Assembly (NCBI GenBank): GCA_021432655.1
Contig: MU271273.1
Location: 1 to 64,000, forward strand
Source: Atractiella rhizophila
Lineage: Eukaryota
Length of the DNA stretch: 64,000 nucleotides
Direction of reading: 5' to 3'
The translations under genes and the position numbers were made by a program. Below the pieces are notes generated by a model. It saw only the letters and a program-made list of their open reading frames with translations, did not search any database and was not told the DNA's origin. This document shows positions 38,701-51,132 of the stretch, piece after piece; positions within the stretch are counted from its first letter, which is position 1, and the number at the start of each line of letters is the position of its first letter.

Positions 38701-38878
38701 AGCTTTACTTTACCAGCAATTTACGAGTGAAGTACCCAAAGCTAGATATGGGCTGGTAAAATAAATAAGGTTTGAGGTAAGGTAATCCAAAAAAAAAGTT
38801 GAGACAAAGCTTGACAGCTTGCAAAGTCCACTCAAACTTGCTCACACTAGCCGAAACCAGAGTTCTGTCAGCTGAAAT

Positions 38879-39245
38879 GGTGCGGTCTTCCTATAGGCAT
38901 CCACTTCACAACTACTACTGTAGAGTGCCGGGCCAGCGACGAAATGACAGACTTCAGTGCCTCAGATGTTTATCTGTGAAGAAGAATGAAATTGAGAGGC
39001 ACCTCTCCACTCCTGGATCAGAGGGAGAGGTAGCAAAGTATCATGGCCTAACAGAGATGGAGAAAAATTATTGGGCAGCCAATAAAGTGGGCCTTGGCCA
39101 TCAACGTACTATCGTTGCTCACCATAAAGAGACGTCAGGGCAACTATGCACCTGCGTGAACATCGATACTGAGGTTCAACAGTATGGGCAGATCGTGTTC
39201 AACTTCGGTAAACAAAAAAAGGGAAGGAGGCACGTGTTTTTCTAG
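38879..39245 (+). pseudogene. Possible BED zinc-finger-like fragment of a DNA transposon
   Basis: LHNYY...QCLRC...ERHL...H pattern; nearby GTCATGACTAGTCATGAC palindromic repeats at about 39565-39590. Confidence 0.25.
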
Positions 39246-39849
39246 TAGGTTTACTCAGTGTGGTCTAACAACTTGTCAGCCAGTGCCTCCTTCAAGCTCA
39301 AATCATCGACATGCTCACACTTCTCATACCTCTTCTAACACCAGGTCTGATGTCTCTCCCTTAACCTCACAGCCTCCTCCTGTCCCTTCCCCAGTCCCTC
39401 CTGGTACCCTATCGATACACAACTCACAATCAATCCTTATAACCTACACATAGGGACTCATGTGAATAATCACCGTATCATTCACCAAAAAGTATTCATG
39501 AATTGGTGAACTGGTGACTGTGACTGTGACATGAGCTATGAACGTCAGGCCTGAGAAATTCTTGAGTCATGACTAGTCATGACTAAGTCACCACTTCCAG
39601 CCATGGATGGAAGGGCATGGGCACAACTCATGTCGGCCGAAGTTACAGCCATCGTGATTTCCATGAGCCTTGTCTTCATAATCGACATCCACGGATTCGA
39701 CTTCGGCCCTTGCTCAACCGGCTGAGGTTTTGAGGTGGGCTTTTCCTATCAAGCAGCGAGAAGAGGCTAATGTCAGGTTTGCATCTTACGCAAATCGGTG
39801 CCCGTTCGCCGGATTGTGTCTCCTATTGCCCATTTGTGTTCCCTGCAAA

Positions 39850-40190
39850 TCAGCGCCCGTTTGCCACTCTGCATCTCCTGTCGCCCGTTCGCCCATTTGC
39901 GCTTGCATCACCACGTAGCTCATTTGTGTCTATTCTCCTCTTATTAACTCCGTGTAATCCCACTGTCACTTCCCCCTTTTAGTTCTCTTACATGTTTCAT
40001 CTGCTCTCCTCTACACTCTATGGCTTTTTTATTCTGCTTGTATATACAGATCGGAGAGTAGTGGAGGTGACCTTAGAGTATTCTCTTAGGTTTATCTCTA
40101 CTACAGGTTAGTCTTCATGTCATATCATGCACTTAGGCTCCACTACAGACACATCATCCATGGCGACCGCACATAGTGTCAGCCCTAACA
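39850..40190 (-). mobile_element. Gypsy-type LTR remnant (inverted partner of the copy at 38209)
   Basis: Minus strand begins TGTTAGGGCTGAC at 40190; colinear similarity with 38209-38690 once the nested solo LTR is removed. Confidence 0.65.
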
Positions 40191-40580
40191 GCTAAATGAC
40201 TGCTCTGACCACTCAGGAGGGCACTGATGCTGGTCACCTGATCACAATTGACGAGGCTGTGACCACCCAGTAGTCAAGGGGGACTCCACCTCCGGCAAGC
40301 TTTTTCTGCTGTATTTCCAACTTTCTCATATGACAAAAGAACCTGTCATTGCTCCGAAGCAAAAGCGACTCGGTGTCAAGAAGGATAAGTCGCATTTGGA
40401 TGAAGAGGCACACTTGTAAGTACCTTGTCTCTGTCATGATTCAACATGTCCACTTTGGGCAAAAATCATCCTCTTGCTTCAGGATGTGCCAAAATGGGCG
40501 CAGAAATCATGAGCTGTTTCCAAGTGGCAAATGAATGTTGCTGATCTACCCCCCCCAGACCCAGGGAACCTCATTTTTTC

Positions 40581-41760
40581 TCAGTTCGTATAAAGGTCAC
40601 AGATGTCACTGAATCTGTCACAAAAGCAGAGGTAGAAGTGAGTGAACCCGAAGAACATTTGGACTTCTTTCATGTTTTTCGGTTCTGTCCAATCCATCAC
40701 TTCTGCGATTTTTACCGGATCTGGTTTGATCCCTCTGCTAGAAATGATCATACCTAGATATTCCACCTCATCTTGACACCAAATTCATTTCGGCAAATTT
40801 ATGTAAAGGCCATTTTTGCATGAAGTTTGACAAACTTGTTGAATATGTTCCCGGTCTTCCTCTTTGGTCTCTGTCACAATTGGGATATGATCAATGTATA
40901 TGAAGATGAACACAGCGGCGATCACAGCACGAAAATAGAGTTCAGGAATGCCTGAAAAGTCGCTGGTGAGTTGCAGAATCCAAAATATGTTACCAATGGT
41001 TCGAAAAGACCACAATTTGTATGACGCATCGCTTGTGTTTGCCTCAATCTTTGATGCTCAAGTTGTTGAAACCTTTCCTCAGGTCAATCTTGCTGGGGAA
41101 TTTCTCAGCAAAGACCATGGACAAGAGGTCAGCTTGGATGGGGAGTGACGCAAAGTCCGCAATTTGCGCTGGTACTTCGACGAAGTTTTTTGGTCCCATT
41201 GCGCTGCGTCTTTCACTAGTTTCTATGATTTTGTCATGGCAGCTTGTATTGAGGCAGACAACGATGGAAATTGTTTATGTGTTGTAGACACATCAACTGC
41301 GTTGCAACTGGGGGGGCAGCAAGAAAACTCAACTTTCCCTGACACCCAGTTAATCTTTGGGTTGTTATCTTAACTAATCATGACTCAGAATCAGCTCTAC
41401 TGTCTCCAACTCTGCCATCACGAATTGCCAAACTTCATGATGAGTGCGGCAGAAATGGCTAAATAAGCGACAGAATAGATGGAACCTCCCTGATTGAGAG
41501 CTCTGTCGACATTGTAAACAGGCACTGGGGAAGGGAGTTGAGTGACAGGTAGACCGTGTGAATGGGTTTCTAACAGCCAAGCCTTCCTTCTTTGCAGAGA
41601 GACACCAACTTCTACCAGCATCCCACTTTGGAGGTCGAGCGGTTAGAAGCACCACCGGTGCCTTTTTGGTGGCAGTGGAATTCATTGGGATGCTTGGAGG
41701 AAAGGCCACGTAGTCGCTGTCACATTCCTTGATGCCAATGGGTCCAGTCATCCAGAACAG
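40581..41760 (-). pseudogene. Ty3/Gypsy pol remnant (reverse transcriptase and upstream region)
   Basis: KIDLRKGFN; FIYIDHI (YxDD-like); EYLGMIIS..GIKPDPVKI..V.DW.EP.N.KEVQ.F.G..HFY. Confidence 0.8.
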
Positions 41761-41982
41761 ACTCGTTTCGAACCTTCGATTCGAGTTGCTCTTCTAGGAT
41801 GTGATCTCATATTGTTCTGGTGACAAAGTCTTCGGTTTTGGGGCACAAATTAGTGTGTTGTGTGAACATATATATAGTACACAATTAATATCACCATCAC
41901 AAAACAACATAATACTCTGATGTAAAATGTTTTCTGTCAGCTGAATTCTCCCCTAATTTCGTTTCTTCCTCGCGGATTTCGT

Positions 41983-44078
41983 TCATGAGCTGTTTTGGCT
42001 TTGCACAAATCCATCCGGCGGAAGCCATATGATCAAAACAAGTCGATACCCAATGATACTTTTGTACCGAATCAGTGCGGCCCCGTAGGTTGGAGGACAT
42101 ACATCTTCTGGGTTCTGAGCTTCCAATCCTGCGAAAAACAAACACCGAGGGAAAATATGGTACAACAGATCCACTCCACATTGAGCGATTCTCGAAGCAG
42201 TGGTAATGATGTTTGAGCTATAATGGCTGGCGGGTCGAATGTGGATAAGTCGGCTAAGATAAATGACAAGGGAATTGAAAAAGACAGATTGATAGAGAAG
42301 GTTGAGCAGCTCGGGAGTGAGGGTCAGGTTGAGCATTGCGACATTGGTAACACCACAGAACTGCTGCAACTGATCATGACCTTTATCCAGTTCCCTCTTT
42401 GACAAAATGAGAGCTTGAAGGATCGCCTCGCCTCTGTGGATTATCGTGTCAACTTGCTGCGCTGGAGCGAGGGAGCTGCAAAGGGACTGCAGCTCATGGT
42501 CAAGCAATGATGCTTGAGCAGCAAAGTGATAAAGGCTACATCACTGCTGTCCTACCCACATCGGTGGACAAAAAGAAATGCTCACTGCAACCACTCCACA
42601 TATGCATTCGGAACAGTTGGCACGAAACTGTCCCCAATGGAAGGCTCAAAGGTGGATTGTGACAGCCAATAAGCGAACTTTGGCTCCTTAGCTCCAAAAG
42701 ATGAGGAGCTAAGGCAAAGACGAGTAAGGATGATTGCACAGGATTGCGCAGTTGGACTCAAAGTAGCGAAGTTGTGGTTAGTCGAGGCCAGTACATCTTG
42801 CGCCATGTCCAAGACCAAGGTCATCGCTTGAGGAGTCGTCCCGTTGCTGATCTCCCATAAAGCGTATGTAACTAAGGTGGGGAGGATGAGGTCAACAATG
42901 AGGGAGATACCAGAGCTGTCCCAAGGATATCTAAGGAGTGTTAAGGATCTCTGGTGCTTGTATTGGGCGCCAATAAGGAGGCCAGGTCGGTTTGTCCGTC
43001 TGCTGAGATGAAGTACAGTGTGAGCCATGAGCCCTACTCTTAACTTCAACCATGGAACAAAGACTTCTATGACGCATACCATCATAGAGAGGAGCGCAGA
43101 AGAGGGACGCTCCGAACAATGCCAGGAAAAAGTTCCTCTATGGCTTTGGATGTTGGCTCAAGACCATCCAGGAAATATCGAATGAGGTTGGCTTGAGCTG
43201 ATAACTGGACGGGATACTCTCCAGGGAACACAGCTCTTTGCTTGTGATCTTCCGTCGTAGATTGACGTAACAAGTGTATCTGCGGCCTTCGTCCCTCAGG
43301 CCCCCAACCCACTCGCAAGGGGCATGGCCCCTTGAACCCTACTCTGAGTCATGTAAGGGTTCGAGTCCAGTATGAAACGCAATTTTTACCCCCTTCAGAA
43401 TAAAATTTCCTTGCAGGTTCAGAAAGGGGCAAGCATATGGGTTATGATGGCATATTTTATTTCATTCTACTGGGCATGGTGAGGGAGGTGTGAGAGCTCA
43501 AAAGTGCGTCTTATGACTCATGCCAAGAAACCCAACGCTCTTATATTGACGTAATGATGAAGAAGGTTCTGGTAAGGTGCCTGGTTGGCGCAGAATAGGC
43601 CGTTCTGACATTAGAACAGGAGGTGTAGGTAAACAATGGAAATCATTTGGAGGACTTTGAGGTCCTCTTGCTTGGGGGGGACTGGACGAAGACGCCGGGG
43701 ATGAGGAGAGATTATGGTCTTGCGGTAGAAGAGTTGCGACGACCGCTTGAGAAGCTGAGGGCCTAGATAACTTTGCAGGATTCACAGGGGACGGCTGATC
43801 CTGGTCAGTAGTGTCTTGAAGCGCAGGCGCAGAGATCTTCTGATAGACACAGTTGAGGTAAAGTCGTCCGCAGTTCGCGCATCCAGGCTTCTCTTCGCCA
43901 CATTTCACGCGGCGTTGTTTGCAAATCAAGCAACCTGAAGGACGCACAAAATCGGCATTTCCATCAAGTATTGATTGCGACAACAAACAGACCTTTTTTT
44001 GCTGCAAGAGAAACGTGGTTTAAACCCTCGTCTAGAGGAGAGAGTCGCACCCCAGCTCCGGCGCCTTTCGTCTGCCAT
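41983..44078 (-). pseudogene. Zn(II)2Cys6 transcription factor gene disrupted by a 274-bp Helitron-derived insertion
   Basis: ATG at 44078; spliced SKKG|CLICKQRRVKCGEEKPGCANCGRLYLNCVY binuclear cluster; downstream helical region in ORFs 43082-43318, 42582-43085 and 41983-42507. Confidence 0.85.
43271..43544 (-). mobile_element. Helitron 3'-terminal fragment E flanked by a 10-bp direct repeat
   Basis: Minus strand ends CAAGGGGC-CAT-GCCCCTTG...GGCCT-GAGGGACGA-AGGCC-GCAGATACACTTG|T; ATTGACGTAA at 43261-43270 and 43545-43554. Confidence 0.85.
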
Positions 44079-45899
44079 CAGTCGTGGTTGCGGTCAAATT
44101 GGAAGCTTATGAAGTTTGGGGAGAATGAGGAATAAAGACGAAAATTTGGGCCGCTCTGGATGATCCTTTCGATCCCCAAGGCAAGGTGGAGGGACCTTTG
44201 AGGCCCTCAACCTATTGGTAGCCCAATGCGACCGGAAACCAACAATATTGTGCCGCCATCTACTTCGTCTGGTTCAGTTCTGCAACTCAGGTATGCTATT
44301 TATGAACACTCAAAATGAGTTTTGATGATTTCAACGGCAGAAAAGGCTGAGTAACGCGTTCCGAGCCATTCTTGTCAGAACTCAGAGTTGTAGTCGTTCA
44401 ACGAATTTTAAACCTTTAGTCGTGTTCAATCTTTTCAGAAGATTATATTATCATCCTCTGCCACAGGAGCGCAGAGTAACAGTTGCCAGGTTGCGTATTC
44501 CAACTGCTCGCTCTCCTGTGCTCTCGTGTTGACTTTTGTTGGGGAGGCAGCTTCTGTGCTTCTGCCCACTGTCTCAGCGGCAAGCGCTGAATCAGTGCAG
44601 CGTTCCGTCCTGCCTTACAGTCGCGAAGGTTTCTAACAACTCGCCTGTATCAGCCCCATAATGTGAATTAACCAGCCCCCACATCCTCGAATTAGGAACC
44701 TTGACAAGGCTGATATGGTTTATTGTAAGGGCCGCTCTTGGGGAATCTGTCGATGCAGCCCTCGGTGGGATCTGAGCCTTGTTCTTCAGCTGGCTGAAGA
44801 AGGTGACAGACGGTATAACCAAAGGCAGGTGAAAGGATCCAGCGCCGCGAATATCGTAGGTGCGCATCGCTGTAGAAATGACGACGACGTTGGGCTGTCA
44901 GGTTGAAACAATGAGCGCTCCGATCTGTGTTGTAGGGAAACAAATTTCATTGGAAGCAATTTGCGGGATCGAGAAGAACATGTATGTTGCTGGATGATAC
45001 CCGTCGAAGTTTCTCCTAGCTTCTCCGTCAAGTAAGTGTACTGGTCCCTAGAGCTCGAGATGTTGTTCAGATAATTTTCAGCGATTATTGGCCAATGGAG
45101 CCTGAGCGCGATCCATCTGCCAGTGGAAGTCCCGCGGGTGAGATCAACAATGTGCAGGATGAACAACTTCGTCTTATGGCGTATTGAGGAACTAACTTGA
45201 TCTGTCTGAGCGTATATGAGGCACCATCATCGATGCAAAAGATGTGCAATCCTATGGATTTGATTTCTCCATGAGATCTTGAAGATCTTACAAGGGTGAT
45301 TTGTGATATGTCGGTGAAAGCAATGGATGATTGGAATACGAGGCGACCGTTGAAGAGGAGGGTTGGGTGTTGGTTTAGTTTTGTTGATTTGAAAGAAGAG
45401 AGATATCAGGTTAAATTGTTCCAGTATCAGGCTCATCAGACTCGCCACTGCGAGCTACGTATGCAGATTCATCATAAATCAAGCTCTTGTGGTTGCCGCC
45501 AACGGAACTCCAATCAACAAGGTAGAAATTACGGCAATCTCCACGATCAAGGCGCCGCCGCCGTTTCATCTTCGCGCCTTTTATAGATAGCACCGATATT
45601 CCTCTAGAAATACGTATAGAGGCTGCCTGGATTCCACTCCCTACACACGTAGTCGCAACTAGGTAAACTCAGGATGGCAAAATTGGGCCGCCTGATCTGG
45701 AAGTCTTTGATGGCAAAGTTCAGAGCAGTTAAGGATTTAAATTTCCGCACCCTTTCCTGTACAAATCCACCGGAAAAAACCAACTGTTCAGGGAGACAAC
45801 ACGAACCGTCCGTCCTACTCTCTCCCAGAAAATTTACACTCGCCCTACAACACGATATTGAAATGACGGCTTTTTTGTCGATAAGAAAACATAACCTCT

Positions 45900-47606
45900 T
45901 TGACTCTCTTACACCAGACCAAGCACAGGTTTAATAAGATGTTCCAGCTTCCTTCTCATAACTGTTGCGACGCCAGTTTTGTCATTGTTCCAAAATGATT
46001 CTTTCCTGCAGTTCCCAAGTGCACTCCAGGGATCAAAACGACACTGAGTTGTCTGTCTTGAGTAGACTAATAAGCTAGTTGTTTGAACCCCCTGCTCTCC
46101 TACTCCTTGACGTCACGGACTGGTCCGTTCTTTCCCCCTTCTTCAATCAACTCCTTAACCAACTAAATTTGACTGGGGAGAAGCGTGATCCAGCTTGTTT
46201 GGTTTGAATGATTTCTTTGTGACGTTACGCTCCGTGGAGTAACTGGTTTCATATTTGGTTCCCTTGAGACTGTTTTCTTGAGCTAACACGCCACCCTCAG
46301 AACGTCTAATCACTTGATCATAGTCTTGTTCGTCTTAACTCTCCGCCATCATTCTACGCTTCCTATAACACTTTGTCAGGCTATTGACTGGTCCTATGCT
46401 CACCTGCATGTGTCAAATCCTGTATGGGCGTCGAATCTATGCATTCAAGAATGGCGAGGGCTCAAAGCACACCGCTTTTGGACCATCGGTCTCCAGGCTG
46501 CAATCCATCACTCAATTGGGCATTACACGGCTGGACTTTGCAGTGAATGCTGAGAAACATTTGTAGCCGGTTACATTTCAATCACCAAACCAAGTGTGTG
46601 GTCATTCTGTGTGAAGGAATCCCTAATGAGAAGGTGACCAGTGGATTCCAGCAGTCATTCCCAGCGCGTTTCCTCGTCTCGTTTGTTCTGATATCAAATA
46701 TTGTCGTAATATATGTGTCCAGCATGTAAGTGTTGAACCCTGATCCTTTAGTGGCTGAATGTCAATTGTTGCAGCATTCTTGGTCTCATCAGCCAAGCTT
46801 AAGGATGTCATCGCCCTGCGACAACTCGATCGGGGGTACCCATAAAGGAGTTAAATGTATGTTTCTCCTCCTCCGCGATCCGAACATGATTGAAATCTTT
46901 CTAGAGTTCCACTGTCCATGACGTTGCGCACGTTGCAAGGCTGGATGCGGAGAGGGTACGGCGTTAAGCATGATATTGAGAGCCAGGGTTTGTACTTTAC
47001 TCCGTTAGAATGAGCTGATGAAGGGAAGTAAGGCGCAACCTAGTTTATCCAGCAGCGATAATCGATGAATTCTCAGAGTTACGACTTTCCCAGCCCTAAC
47101 CTTCTGAATGGTTGCCGTGGCACCGTCACTTCATTTCTTTCTTAGTAGTAGCTTTGGCGTCGCCGTGTTTCCTCTTTTATTCAGCCATGTGAAACCTCGA
47201 CTGTGAAACTATAATGGCAGTCTATTCAGAAAGCACGAAACAGAACCGACTGGCAAAGGTTTCGACTTGAGTTTAGATAATTAACTGATGCTGAACTTGT
47301 TCTTTTCAATAACGATCGACATTGTCAAAGACGACCAAAATGTTCCTGTCATTGCCAATGCCGATGACGACCAAGTTGGCCAAAAGTGACCACATGACAC
47401 CACGCCTGAAGCGGACTACGGAGAAATGTACCAGAGTATTGGATAACTGAGGACGAGTGAAGTTTCAGAGGTATTGTAGCCAGAGGATATTGTGATGAAA
47501 GTAGAATGGACAACAGCAGTTGTGATAGCACCAAACTTCTGTAGGCACAAAAAGCTGAGGAAGAAAGCAACGCAACAGAAATGGTTATGAGACCGAAGGA
47601 TTTCAT
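45900..47606 (-). CDS. Hypothetical multi-exon secreted protein
   Basis: Signal-peptide-like start MKSFGLITISVALLSSSAFC; downstream exons not resolved, 3' end a guess. Confidence 0.3.
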
Positions 47607-50600
47607 AATGAAAATGAAAATTTGGGGGCTTGGAACCGCTGGAATCACAGATATCACATAGTGTCCCACAACAAGCAACACATTTTGATGGGGTCGATGT
47701 CGCCGACTAGTTGCGCTCTGAGTCTGCAAGAAATGAAGTGTTTTCTGATGACGGCAGGGCGCTTATCTAAAGCATTCACCTATCACCCATCACAGCAAAG
47801 CCAGAGGCAGAGGATGTAACTCACATTTATTTTGAATGTCGAAATTTTGGCAGACACATCTTTTCCCCTCAACTTCATCAGATTAAGTCACGTGATGCCT
47901 TGGGAATGGAAACCAACGCTTGACCTAAAAACGACCGCAGATATGTTAATCCAGCCTTCAGAACTGGAGCATGGAGAGGAAATCAGTACTGACCTCGAAG
48001 CCACATGAGTCCATCACTCGATGAAGGAAAGTACTCTACACCATTCATGTCCAATACCCTTTGATACGACGCTGACAGATCATTGTGTCAGTGGGGGTGC
48101 TTTGAGTAACTCACAAACCTGCGGGGAAAACTAAGAGGACACAGAGGACCGGTTTGAGCTAGCCGGCAAGTGTGGATCGGGTGCTTAACGTACGGATTAC
48201 TATCACCTCGTCAGGAGAACTAGACCTGTGTAGGACCGTAAAATCTGCCAGAGAATAAAGCTTGCTCGATGCCTTCCTCCAGATGTAAATTTCCTCTGTT
48301 GCATTCATCTCTGGCGAAGACTAATGGTACAGAAAGTGCCTGGAAAATGAAGATATGGATTGATGACCATGAAATGAGTGAGCCTCTGAAGCGAAACTGA
48401 GAATGGGCTCTTTTTAAGCAGGGGAAACAAAGTTGGAAGAGAAGAATCAAGGCGTTTCAATGATACCGATCAGTGACTTGATTCATTAGCTCAGTCGCAA
48501 AGTTTGGAGTGCCTTCTCAGACAATGACATAGAACTGGACCCAAATCCAGATGTGAAGCTCGATCATGGTATTCAAACATGAGAAAGCGGGTTGTTTTGG
48601 CTTTCAAACAAACCAAGATTGTTCAAGGCCGGCCGGCTGCGAAATACATCATGGTCTGTCAAGAAGCCTCGAGAATTGGAAGAGAAGAACACGACTGTTG
48701 ACTACAGGAAAGGGGTCACGACAACCCAAACTGATGACAAGGTTGAGGCCCTGAACGGAGCTGGAATAAAGTGAGGCAGTTCAACCCATCGGAGAAGGCT
48801 CAGCCTAGTCGCTCTCACAGATAGAGCTGGCCTCCATTTCTGCTGTTCCTAACCACTGATCTGAACCATTGTGGCAAACTGATCGCCAGAGTTTTGCGCT
48901 CAATTTCGGGGAGATTCGCGCCGCATCGGGCGGCAAACACAAACGTGGACCTTGAATAATCTTGAATGCAAAAATGCAGTACTGATTATGATTCGTCATG
49001 AATATAATTTAGACTAATCCAATGTCTATGAAAGGAATGTGTCTATCTCTGAAGCAAAACAAACAAAATAAAAGATATAGGTATGTGGAAACTTGAAATA
49101 TAATCGCACCTTCCGACATCAATATCCCATGTGTTTTCCTGTTAAGTCGCTTGAAAGTAACGTATGTGATCCTGTTGTTGCCCTGTATAACATGTAATAA
49201 CGATGAGTGAACATTAAAAAAAGAGGAGGATCAAGAATTGCGCCTTTCGCTCCGATGATCCCTTCTGTCCCAAGGTGGAACCGCAGGGCCCCTCGCACAC
49301 GTAACCAGAATAGGAATGCCTGAAAAATATTCAAAAATGCGTAATAATGAGCCTTTGAAGGCTTCAGATGTACAAATACACGGGTATAATACTGCAAAGA
49401 TAAGTTAAGGAAACCACTTATTTCAACCCATTCTCTGCCTGCTTCCTCTTGAAGTCCTCCTGTTTCTCCACGTCCTTTCGCCCCCACTCCAACACCTTCT
49501 TAATGTCCTCAGCATTGACACATTCCAACTCCACTCTATCTGCACTACTAAGATTTGTCTTCTGCTCTTCACTGTGCTCGTGATCAAAGTGGAGCTTCCC
49601 CATATAAAGCCATGTCTCGAGTCCACAATCCTTTATTGGACATTTCCAAATATTCTGGCTTGAAGGATATTGCTTCGAGCGCACATGGATGGAGGCAGTG
49701 GGTTTGAGATTATCAGGATGGAGGGGACACACTGGCACGAGGTGGCGGTGCTTGAAGCCGGTTTGGGAGGTTCTGTGGACGCCGGACAGCTGGCAGGTTG
49801 TGTGCAAAACGTGTATGCATAGTTGTGAGACTGCAATACAAGAAGGAGGAAAAGCAGGAGTAAATTGATCACAAGAGAGAGAGAAAAACTACGTTCCGAA
49901 CCCCATCAATACCGTCTCCGCTCCATGGGACTGTAGTCAATGCCTCAATGTCCTGCTTCTTGAACGTCTTCTTTCCTACTCCTTCTTCAATTTTTTTTGG
50001 TGAAATGACTGATAAAATGTGATGCAGTATGCTGGAGGAGGTGTGCTCGACACTTCGATGGCAGCCTGCAACATGGCAGTTGGTAAATTCCGGAGCACCT
50101 TTTCTGGAGCACCTTCTTCCTTGACAATGTATGATAAAGTAGTAGCGTCAAACGTGGCCCTCCCTGTCACGAAACTAGAGTGAGGGCAACTGTTTTATGA
50201 GACTATCATGGCAACTTGTAATGTTTTATGAGACTATCATACCATCCAGATCAATATAAGGGAACCTGGGCAAACTCCCATTCCTCTTGGACTTTTTAAA
50301 TGATGGTAACAGTTCTTGTACTCTCGAAAGTCATTCTCATTCGCCATCATCCGTGACAGGAGAAGATTCAAATCTGTGCCCCTGTAAAACTCGCCGTTGT
50401 CATCATCAGCTCTCACTGGGGTGATGATTGCAGGCCGTTTCAGCAGGAACCTGGCTGGAAGGCCAATACCCTTTTTTGTGCGACTGAAATCTTCATTTTC
50501 ATCTTTGTATTCATAGATTACCATCTTACCCCCCTCATCATTCTCTTCTTCACCCACGGTCAGTCTCGTGAGACGGACCATAGCCTTCACCCCTGTTGTC

Positions 50601-51043
50601 TCTCGGAGTGATAGATCAGCGTCTGAACGGGCATAGCATCCCTGTGTGCCGACATAGAATTCAACATGTGCGACACCCATGAAGACTTCCCATCATAGAT
50701 GATTGGGAGGACAGGCTCCTGAACTTGAAGTACATCAAGGAGAGGAGCAATTGAGACTCGAAAGGCTTCTTGTTTTGGTGTGTTATTGTTGAAGTTCAGC
50801 CCGCCACCACCACTCACGGCTTACTAAGAACGACGTGATGCCACATATTCGAGGGGATTCTATTTTCTTCTCGCTTCTTCTTGCTTACTTATTTTCTTAC
50901 GCGTTGGTGTACTTCTAGAATTTGTTTGCCACATCTTTCTCAGATATATAAACCGTGTTAAAGTCAGGCAGAAATATGTAGTAATGATATCTTTGTTTCC
51001 TCTCAACTAAAAAACTCGCATCATTATTCGCAGTCTTACAACA

Positions 51044-51055
51044 GGTTATGAGCCC
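51044..51055 (+). promoter_or_regulatory. Primer-binding site of the half-tRNAiMet type
   Basis: GGTTATGAGCCC immediately after the 5' LTR, resembling the anticodon-arm PBS of Drosophila copia and yeast Ty5. Confidence 0.8.
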
Positions 51056-51132
51056 AAACGCCTGACCAGCAAGATCAATACCATTCACACCCACGAAGAA
51101 AACACCTCACCAATCCACTGCTAACAGCCACC

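Noticed and set aside
44570..45590. Enzyme gene upstream of the Zn2Cys6 factor
   Set aside because: Fragmented ORFs without diagnostic motifs; no product can be supported
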